From an uncultured cyanobacterium (lineage in GTDB: Bacteria; Cyanobacteriota; Cyanobacteriia; Cyanobacteriales; CAWCAG01): 64,000 nt of DNA. The notes beneath the pieces are model-generated. The model did not search any database. It was not told the origin of the DNA and worked only from the letters and a program-made list of their open reading frames with translations. This document shows positions 55,657-64,000 of the stretch, piece by piece. Location of the stretch: assembly GCA_963793425.1 (NCBI GenBank), contig CAWCAG010000001.1, forward strand, positions 160,001-224,000. The letters run 5' to 3'. Position 1 is the first letter of the stretch; every line of letters begins with the position of its first letter. A program made the position numbers and the translations under genes.

Positions 55657-58600
55657 ATGAAATTTGCATCTTCCCCCTTCTGGTTAGCTTTAAGCTTAAC
55701 CAGTGCTATCTTCACTTTCCCTACCACGCCCAAATCACCCCTGACAAAACCCTTGGAAGAGAAACTTCTGTTGTTACTCCCCTAAACTCCCAGCTTCAAC
55801 GCCTTGACGGAGGTGCTTTGCGAGGAGTTAATCTCTTTCATAGTTTCTTAGAATTTAACATCAAAGAAGGTCATGGCGCTTATTTTGCTAACCCCGCAGC
55901 AGTAGAGAACATCTTTAGCAGAGTAACAGGAAACAACCCTTCCCATTTATTCGGAACATTAGGAGTATTAGGAGAAGCGAACTTATTCTTCCTCAACCCT
56001 AACGGCATCATCTTTGGTAGCAACGCAACCTTAGACTTGCAGGGTGCTTTTGTCGCTAGTACTGCTGATAGTTTTGTTTTTCCTGGAGGGAATGTATTTA
56101 GTGCCACCAATCCAGAATCTGCCCCTTTATTAACAGTGAGTGCTATTGCTCCTGTTGGTTTACAATTTGAAGGAAGTGGAGGAACAATAATTAACCAAGG
56201 AAACTTAGCAGTTAATGCTGGGGAGGGTTTGAGTTTAGTGGGAGGAACGGTGGTTAACCAAGGAATTTGTTAGCGCCGGGGGGAAACATTAGTGTAGTGG
56301 CAGTGCCAGAAGGGAGGTTAGTTGAATTAGGAAGTCAAGGAGAGGTTGTCGGTTGGCAGGAGTTAACGGCGAGTGTTACAGATGCAGTTGATATTAAATC
56401 GGGAACGGCGGTTATTTCTGGTGAAATTGATGTAGTTAATCAAGAAGGAATTGGGGGAGAGGTTCAAGTATTAGGGGAGATTGTAGAAGTTATTGGGGTA
56501 AAGATTGATGCTTCTGGGGTTGATGGTGGCGGTACTGTATTAATTGGTGGAGATTATCAGGGTAAAGGGGATGTCCCCAATGCTTTGCAGACTTATATTA
56601 GTGAAGATGTCTGTGATTATAGCTGATGGGTTAGGAAATAGTGAAGGTGGTAAAGTAATTGTCTGGGCAGACGAAACCACAAACTTTTATGGCAATGTTT
56701 CTGCCCGTGGTGCAGGTACTGGGGATGGGGGCTTTGTGGAGATATCAGGGAAGGAAACCCTGTTGTTTCGGGGAGAAGTTGATACTAGTTCTGAACTTGG
56801 TAATACTGGGGACTTTACTTCTTGATCCTGATAATATTACCATCGAAAATGGTAATGGTACTGGCGCTCCTCAAACCATCTCAGAAAGACAATTAGAGGC
56901 TCAGGCAAGAAGTAACAATGTTATTGTGCAAGCTAACGATACTATTACTGTCAAAAACCTCTTTGATAACGAATTAGATTTATCCGGGGGTTCAGGAATA
57001 GTAGTTTTTACTGCCGATGCAGATGGTGATGGTGTGGGTGACTTTGTGATGGAAGATACCGCAGATGCAATCCTGGCTGAGGAAAAGGATATAACCATTT
57101 CTGGGGTTAATATAACTACTGGTGAAATCAATACTGATTCCACTTCTTTCTTTTTATTCAGTGCAGGAGATGCAGGAGATATTAAGCTGGAAGCAACAGG
57201 AGATATCTCCACTAGCGATCTTAATGCTCGCTCTGTAGCCAATGGCTTGTTGGGAGATGCTGGATATGGAGGAGAAATTACCCTCAAGGCTGGGGGCGAT
57301 ATTTCTAGTAGTCAGGTTAACTCTGGCTCTGTTTCCCTTCGTGGAAATTCTAAGGATGCAGGAGTAGTTACCCTTGAAGCCGGGGGGAATATTTCAACAA
57401 CTCAAGTGTTTTCAGCCTCTGGCTCTTTCGGAAATGGAAACGTGGGAAGTGGGAACTTGATTACCATGAGGGCTGGAGGAGATATTATTGCCAGTGCTGG
57501 GGTTGCTTCAGGCTCCCTTAGCAGTGGAAATGGAAATGCGGGAGATGGCAGGGCTATCACATTGAAGGCTGGGGGTAATATTTCCACTGCTTATTTCCTT
57601 TCTGCTTCTTTTTCCAATGGAAATGGAAACGTGGGAAATGGAGGGGCGATTGATGTTGAGGCTGGCGGTGATATCTTTGCTAGTGGTGAGGTTAATTCTT
57701 CCTCTTATTCTACTAGAGATGGAAATACTCAACATGGAGGGACAATTGCCCTGAAAGCTGGCAGCCATATTTTCACTGGCATTGTTGACTCCAGATCTAC
57801 TTCTGTTGGAGATGGAGATACTCAATACGGAGGAGACATTTCTCTTAATGCTGGAAGTGATATCTCCACTAGTGGTACTATCACTTCTTCCTCTATTTCT
57901 ACCGGAGATGGGAATACTCAACGTGGGGGAGACATCCGCATTAAAGCTGGCCGTGATATATCCACTGGCACTATCACTGCTTCCTCTATTGCTTTTGGAC
58001 GTGGGGATTCAAGAGATGGAGGAAATGTTAACCTTAAAGCTGGTAGCAATATCTCCTCTGACTTTGCTATCAGTTCTGGTTCTATTGCCTTTGGAGGTGG
58101 AGACTTGGGAGGGGGAGGAGACATTAACATAGAAACTGCTGGAGGAGACATCAAACTTCCAACTAGGATAGGAAATGTCTTATTTCCTGGGATAGGAGAA
58201 GTAAGTAGTGCTGGTAAAACTGGAGGGGACATCAACATTACTAGCTCAGCTACTACTCTAAAATTGGATGACCTTTACATCTTGAGTGGAGGAAGTACAT
58301 CGGCAGGAAGCATTTCCATCACGGCTCCTGCCATGACTCTCAATAACACTCAAATACAGACTGGTCTTATACCAGAGGGAACATTTGGGAAAATTTCAGA
58401 TGGAGTAGTAGGAGATATTTCTCTCAATGCCCAAGAAAATATTACTCTCAATAGAAGTGGCATTACCGCCACCCTAGAACCGAGTACGAGAGGTCAAGTA
58501 GGTAAGATCAGCTTGGTTGCACCAACCCTCAATGTCAACGAATTCTCCCTCATTGAAACCACAACCTTTGGTGAAGGAAATGCTGGTGATGTAGAGATTA

Positions 58601-60567
58601 TGGTAAACAATCTCTTTTTAGATCGTAGCAATATTCAAAGTCTCACGGCTGGGGTAGGGAATGCAGGAAAAGTAAATGTTACTGCTAATCAAGCTGTTCA
58701 ATTAACCAACCAAAGTAATATTGCTACCGTTGCCAACTCTCGCTCTCAAGGGCAAGGAAACAATATTACCATTAACTCTCCCCAACTTTCTTTAACTGGA
58801 GGTTCCCAGTTGCAAGCGTTAACAAAGAGTAAAGGGGATGCAGGTAATGTTTTGCTGAATATCCAAGACAGACTAACCATCTCTGGTGTTAATGCAGAAG
58901 GTTTTCTTAGTGGTGTGTTTACTTCCTCCGGAGATGAACAAAATAGGAATACGGGCAAGGGAGGAGATATCACCATTAACAACTCTGGTACTGTTACCCT
59001 CAGTGACGGAGGAGTCTTAAGCGCCCAAACTTTTAGCAATTCCCCAGGAGGAGACATTAAAGTCAACGCCAACAGACTCAACCTACAAAGTGGAGGACAA
59101 ATTTTAACTAGTACCCTTAGTGGAGGTAAAGCAGGGGAAGTTATTGTCAATGCCAGAGAAAGTCTCAACATCAACGGCAGTGATCCTAACTTTGCTAATC
59201 GTCCTCAACAACCTAAATCTTTAAGACAAGGGGTACAAGCTACTCCTTTCAATCTATCTAAATTAATTACGGAAACAGAACCCAATAATAGTCCAGGAGA
59301 AGCTTTGTTTCTCAGTGATAATCTCTTTTCCGTTGACACTGTTAACAATCCTAACCCCAACGTAGAACTCGCTAACAAGATTCCTTATGTTTCAATCCAG
59401 GATCAAGGGGACAATACTAACACCTCAGACTATTATGCTCTTGAAGTGACAGCAGGAACAAGGGGGATCTTTGATATTGATAATGTCTTAAATGGCCAAG
59501 GTAAACCCATAACAGATAGTTCTAATGTGGAGAGTGTAGAGCTTTTACAAGTTCAAAATGGACAGTTGAAAGTGATATGGGAAAACCCATTTAGCCAAAC
59601 ATCTCTAGGTGCTGGGGGAAGTAACAGTACTTCTGATCCTTATCTCCGCTATACCTTTACTGAAGGTGGAACTATCTACCTCAAAGTTAACAAATCTACT
59701 AACGCTGTTCCCAATCAAAGCAACTATACCCTCAACATCTCTTTAGAAAGTCCCAATGTAACAGGTAGCAGCATTACTACTGGCGGTGCTGCTAGCGGCA
59801 TCTTTGCCCAAACTAATCCCGGTACAACGGGAGACTCCGGTAGTGTTTTTGTCAATACCCCAACCCTGAACATTAGAAATGGGGGACAACTTGCTGTTAA
59901 CTCTCAAGGAGATGGCATCGGAGGCAACGTTAACATCGCCGCAGGTGACATCAACCTGTTTAACCAAGGGACAATCACGGCTGCAACAGCAAGGACTAGT
60001 GGAGGTAACATCAACCTCAATGTTCCCGGTACAATCCTCATGCGAAACAACAGCCTCATTAGCGCGGCAGCAGGGGGTGATGGCAGTGGTGGCAACATCA
60101 CCCTCAATATTGGTTTTATTGTTGCAGTCCCCAATGAAAATAGCGATGTAATTGCCCGTGCTGCCCAAGGCAAAGGTGGTCAAATCATCATTAACGCCAC
60201 TGGGGTTTATGGCTTTGTTGGAGACAGTCGTTTCTTAACTCCCTTTTCTGATTTAAACGCTTCTTCTGATGTTGCGGGTAACGAAGGGACTGTGGAAATC
60301 GATGTAGATTTTGATGTTACTCAAGGGTTGAATAGTTTGCCCGATGATCGGGTGAATACGGAGGTTAATGACAGTTGTGAGGCGATAGAAAAAGATTCAA
60401 CAGTTGCCTTTTTTGATATTGGTAAAGGAGGAACTTTAGCTAACCCAGATGAGCCTTTAGATGCTGATAGTTGGGAATGGATTAGTTTAGAGGAAGAGGA
60501 AGTAGTTGCAGAAGAAGAAAAAGAAATTATTGCTAGAGTAGAGGTTGAAAAGCCGTGTGTATTTTAG
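55657..60567 (+). pseudogene. Filamentous haemagglutinin-like two-partner secretion protein (TpsA) with four frameshifts in its 5' part
   Basis: Signal peptide from ATG 55657, AQITPD.TLG, NLFHSF and NPNGIIFG TPS motifs, beta-helix repeats. Shifts at ~55727, ~56268, ~56610 and ~56808. Confidence 0.88.
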
Positions 60568-60604
60568 GTAATAAGTAATAGGTAATAAGTAATAAGTAAT
60601 AAGT
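60566..60604 (+). repeat. Heptamer array (ARGTAAT)x5
   Basis: AGGTAAT AAGTAAT AGGTAAT AAGTAAT AAGTAAT AAGT, overlapping the tpsA TAG. Confidence 0.95.
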
Positions 60605-60683
60605 TAAGAATGTTCTTTTAATTTTTGGTTTAGGAGTAATTTTGAAGTTATAGCTTGGTGATAGTTGTTTTGTAGTTGAAGAA

Positions 60684-61070
60684 GTGATGATTTTGATTAT
60701 GGGTGTTTCTCATTTAACTATTCAGGAGCGGACTGAAAATTTTGCTGTTCGTGTAATTAAAGCTTATTGTGAACTTAATAGGAGGAATTTTGATGATGCT
60801 GGAAAGATATTGGCGAAGCAGTTTCTTAGGAGTGGTACAAGTATTGGAGCTAATTGTGCAGAGGCAATTTATGCTCAATCTAACAAAGACTTTGTATCTA
60901 AATATTCTATTGCTTTAAAAGAAGCCTCGGAAACCCAGTACTGGATTAAAATCATGATTAAATCTCAACTTCTTCCCAAACAAAAGTTTTCAAATATGCA
61001 ACAAGAAATAATTGAAATAATCAAAATACTAACCACCACTATCAACAAACTGAAATCTAAGCAAGCCTAA
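60684..61070 (+). CDS. Four-helix-bundle protein (23S rRNA IVS protein / Avd-like fold)
   Basis: RTENFAVRVI, KQFLRSGTSIGANCAEA, S.KDFVSK and ALKEASETQYW are hallmark motifs of the TIGR02436-type family. The start may be ATG 60699. Confidence 0.9.
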   Translation: MMILIMGVSHLTIQERTENFAVRVIKAYCELNRRNFDDAGKILAKQFLRSGTSIGANCAEAIYAQSNKDFVSKYSIALKEASETQYWIKIMIKSQLLPKQKFSNMQQEIIEIIKILTTTINKLKSKQA

Positions 61071-61126
61071 AAACCACCAAATACTTACTTGTTAATCCCT
61101 ATTAAAAATATAATGTAAAGTTCAAA

Positions 61127-61165
61127 ACTTATTACTTATTACTTATTACTTATTACTTATTACTT
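61127..61165 (+). repeat. Heptamer array (ATTACTT)x5, inverted relative to 60566-60604
   Basis: ACTT followed by ATTACTT x5, ending 4 nt before the tpsB ATG. Confidence 0.95.
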
Positions 61166-61169
61166 AAAA

Positions 61170-62867
61170 ATGTTCTTAGCTCAAATTCCTCCGCATATTC
61201 CTCCCCAGGATGTTATTCCACCTCTACAACAACCTTCTCCTGTTCCTGAACAACCAGAAACACCCCCTGCACCAGAGGAAGTGCTTCCCGATCCCACTAT
61301 GCCAATTCCTCCAGAAATATTGCTGGATAGCAAGGAAACGATTACGGTTACTGAGTTTGAGTTTGTTGATAATACAATCTTCTCTTCGGAACAGTTAGCT
61401 AAGGAAATCACCGATAAGTATCTCAATCAAACTCTGTCTCTGCAACAACTCCTTAACATTGCTGCTGAAGTTGCCCAGTTTTACGCTGCGGCTGGTTATA
61501 GTACTTCTGGGGCAGTGATTTCTTTACCAGAAGTTACTCGTCAAGAGGGTAAGGGAGTGGTGAGAATTATTGTCATTGAAAGCAAGTTAGAAGCAATTAA
61601 TCTGGTTCCGGTGGGGAAGCAACGCCTTAACCCTAATTACGTGCGATCGCGCCTAGAAGTGGAACCAGGAGACATTCTCAATGTCAGCAAATTACAAGAG
61701 CAACTGCAACTGCTACAACTCAATCCTTTAATTACCAGGGTTGCAGCCCAATTGAGTGAAGGTTCACAACCTGGTTTGAATCAGTTGGAACTTCAGGTGG
61801 TAGAAGCACCTTCTTTTAATTTGCCTTTAAGTATTAATAACGGACGTTCCCCCAGTGTAGGCAGTTTCCAGCGCCAGGTTACGGCGAGGGAAGGAAACTT
61901 ACTGGGGTTGGGAGATGCCCTTAGTGTTGGTTATGGCAATAGCGATGGTAGCAATGTCTGGAGTTTTGGTTATACTCTGCCGGTGAATTCTGGCAACGGT
62001 ACACTGGGCTTTAACTACAGCTACACAACCAGCGATGTAATTGAACCACCTTTTGAAGCGGTTAACATTGAGTCTGAGTCTCAAAACCATGAACTGACAT
62101 TCCGGCAACCTGTGGTGCAAAGCATTCGTCAACAGACCTTTCAGGAATTAGCTTTAGGGGTGACAGCTTCCTGGCGCGATAGTCAAACCTTTTTATTTGG
62201 TTTTCCTTTTCCTCTTTCTCCGGGGGCAGATGACGATGGTAAAACTAATGTTTTTGCTTTGCGGTTGTTCCAGGAGTGGACGCAACAGGATGCCCGTCAA
62301 GTGCTAGCTTTTCGCTCGGAGTTTAGTTTTGGTTTAGATGCTTTTAATTCTACTGTGAACGAGACTCCAGCAGGCTCAGAAGTAGTTCCTGATAGTCGTT
62401 TCTTTTCCTGGCGAGGACAGGGACAGTGGATTAGGTTGTTGGGGGAGGATACTTTGTTTCTGGTACGGGGTAACCTACAAATGGCAAACAAAACTTTACT
62501 CTCCGCAGAAGAGTTTGCTTTAGGGGGTTTTGGTAGTGTGCGGGGTTATCGGCAGAATGTACTTTCTACAGACAACGGCTTTTTTGCCTCTGCTGAACTC
62601 CAGTTACCGATTCTCAAAGTTCCAGAAGAAGGGGTTTTGCAAATTATTCCCTTCTTAGATTATGGCGTAGGCTGGAACAGTTCGGATGTTGCCAACCCAG
62701 ATCCACAAACTTTGATTGGTACTGGTTTGGGTTTACAATGGCAGGATAGAGCCGGGATTTTTAGCGCTCGTTTTGATTGGGGCATTCCTTTAGTTGATGT
62801 GGATAATAGGGAGAGAACGTGGCAGGAGAATGGGCTTTATTTTTCGGTGCAATGGAGGGGTTTTTAA
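61170..62867 (+). CDS. ShlB/FhaC/HecB family two-partner secretion outer-membrane transporter (TpsB)
   Basis: POTRA region, NGRSPSVGS, SVRGYRQ (VRGY motif), RFDWGIPL and a C-terminal F. Confidence 0.93.
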   Translation: MFLAQIPPHIPPQDVIPPLQQPSPVPEQPETPPAPEEVLPDPTMPIPPEILLDSKETITVTEFEFVDNTIFSSEQLAKEITDKYLNQTLSLQQLLNIAAEVAQFYAAAGYSTSGAVISLPEVTRQEGKGVVRIIVIESKLEAINLVPVGKQRLNPNYVRSRLEVEPGDILNVSKLQEQLQLLQLNPLITRVAAQLSEGSQPGLNQLELQVVEAPSFNLPLSINNGRSPSVGSFQRQVTAREGNLLGLGDALSVGYGNSDGSNVWSFGYTLPVNSGNGTLGFNYSYTTSDVIEPPFEAVNIESESQNHELTFRQPVVQSIRQQTFQELALGVTASWRDSQTFLFGFPFPLSPGADDDGKTNVFALRLFQEWTQQDARQVLAFRSEFSFGLDAFNSTVNETPAGSEVVPDSRFFSWRGQGQWIRLLGEDTLFLVRGNLQMANKTLLSAEEFALGGFGSVRGYRQNVLSTDNGFFASAELQLPILKVPEEGVLQIIPFLDYGVGWNSSDVANPDPQTLIGTGLGLQWQDRAGIFSARFDWGIPLVDVDNRERTWQENGLYFSVQWRGF

Positions 62868-62930
62868 GTAAGAAGTAATGTAACGATACCAACTCGAACC
62901 ATGTTTGATTTCCACTAAACGCATTACCCA

Positions 62931-63902
62931 TTACCCATCACTTTCCCAGCTAGAAAAATTACGTTTTACCCAATCCATTCCCACCTCATTATTCAACTTA
63001 ATTTTTTGTGGTGCATCGGCATAAATCTTGCTTAAAATGTCTGCATCTTGTTCCACAACAATCTTACTCAAACCAAGAAATTGATTATTCAATAGCTTAG
63101 CTAAGGGATTAGTTGCTTCCCCAAACAATAATATATACGTTCTGGTTTTATTTCTTGATTCTGGAACAAAAAGATGACATTGGACAAGTTTCCCAAGGGG
63201 GCTAGCACCATGAAAAATAACTAGGGAAGGAAAATAGTTTTCTAAATGAGCTTTAATAACATCGGGAAGTAAAAATTGGTTCGGTTGTTTAAGCTTTTGC
63301 CAGAAAGTTTTGGGTACAGTAGGAGTATTAAAAAAAGCCTCGGAATGATAGCCGTTGTTAATGAATTTCTCAAACTGAACTTCGGTAATTTCAAATAACT
63401 CTCGATGCGTACCATTTTGATGGTTATAATCGTGCATCACTAATAGCATTGATAACAAGTCTGTTTCCACACTTGTATCTGCTGTGTAGCCAATAAATTC
63501 GTATTTTTGGGCAACTTCTTCTAAAATATTAGGAATGGGAATTTTAGGTTCGTAACTACCATAAGACCAAATAAAATCGTCTTTAATGATTAGTTCTAAA
63601 GGCTTGATTTGAGGTAAAGTTTGCTGATCTGTTCCTGGTAAAATAGTGCAGCCCCTCCCATCAAATTCTAGGGCATGAAACGGACAAACAACCTTACTCG
63701 CACCATCTTTTTGAGCTTCGCACCATCCCGTCGATAGCATTGCCCCCATGTGAGGGCAGATATTCGGTAAGGCATTAACCTTGTCTCTTTTATCTTTCCA
63801 AATAACATAATCTTCGCCATAAAGAGAAATCTTCTCTGGTTTATTTGTTTGTAGCATTGACTTGTGCGCCAATAGCCAAGGCGCACCTTCTAACATAGAC
63901 AT
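62931..63902 (-). CDS. Rieske [2Fe-2S] non-heme iron oxygenase
   Basis: CPHMG...CPFH Rieske motif, D..H...H and EQDA mononuclear iron motifs. Confidence 0.88.
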   Translation of the reverse strand: MSMLEGAPWLLAHKSMLQTNKPEKISLYGEDYVIWKDKRDKVNALPNICPHMGAMLSTGWCEAQKDGASKVVCPFHALEFDGRGCTILPGTDQQTLPQIKPLELIIKDDFIWSYGSYEPKIPIPNILEEVAQKYEFIGYTADTSVETDLLSMLLVMHDYNHQNGTHRELFEITEVQFEKFINNGYHSEAFFNTPTVPKTFWQKLKQPNQFLLPDVIKAHLENYFPSLVIFHGASPLGKLVQCHLFVPESRNKTRTYILLFGEATNPLAKLLNNQFLGLSKIVVEQDADILSKIYADAPQKIKLNNEVGMDWVKRNFSSWESDG

Positions 63903-64000
63903 CTAAAGTTTCCTCAATTGAAAGTTTTGGACAAGTGAATCTCTGGCGACAAGTACAATGGGTTAGATGTCGCAAGTAGAATACTGCTGTAATTAATCCC

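Noticed and set aside
60684..61070. Diversity-generating retroelement (Avd-like gene)
   Set aside because: No reverse transcriptase and no TR/VR pair with adenine-specific mismatches is visible in the window.

Overview
Cyanobacterial chromosomal window (frequent HIP1 GCGATCGC octamers, psbA, group-2 sigma factor, Uma2 nucleases, heptamer STRR repeats). The left ~33 kb is mostly housekeeping and signalling: a TPR protein, a REC-GGDEF protein with a hybrid histidine kinase, mazG, tRNA-Val, pncB, a solo tnpB IS605-family element, a ferrochelatase-like gene, a frameshifted WbdD-like/GT4/TPR/GT41 fusion, sigB, cysQ, a cobalamin riboswitch with hupE/ureJ-cobW, and tRNA-Thr. The right ~31 kb is an accessory, partly decaying region with Uma2/Rpn nucleases and fragments, three TPR-CHAT proteases (one a MITE-disrupted pseudogene), a Tat-signal caspase-like protease, DUF928, psbA and a two-partner secretion pair (tpsA frameshifted, tpsB). 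The most striking structure is a four-helix-bundle (23S-rRNA-IVS/Avd-like) gene between tpsA and tpsB. It is enclosed by inverted heptamer arrays that can form a 44-bp sense-strand RNA stem running from the tpsA stop codon to the base before the tpsB ATG, which looks like an intervening-sequence element in an mRNA. Small mobile repeats also occur: HIP1-splitting inserts, a TA-duplicating MITE and an in-frame insert in the TnpB zinc finger. All product calls come from motif recognition by eye; no database searches were run.
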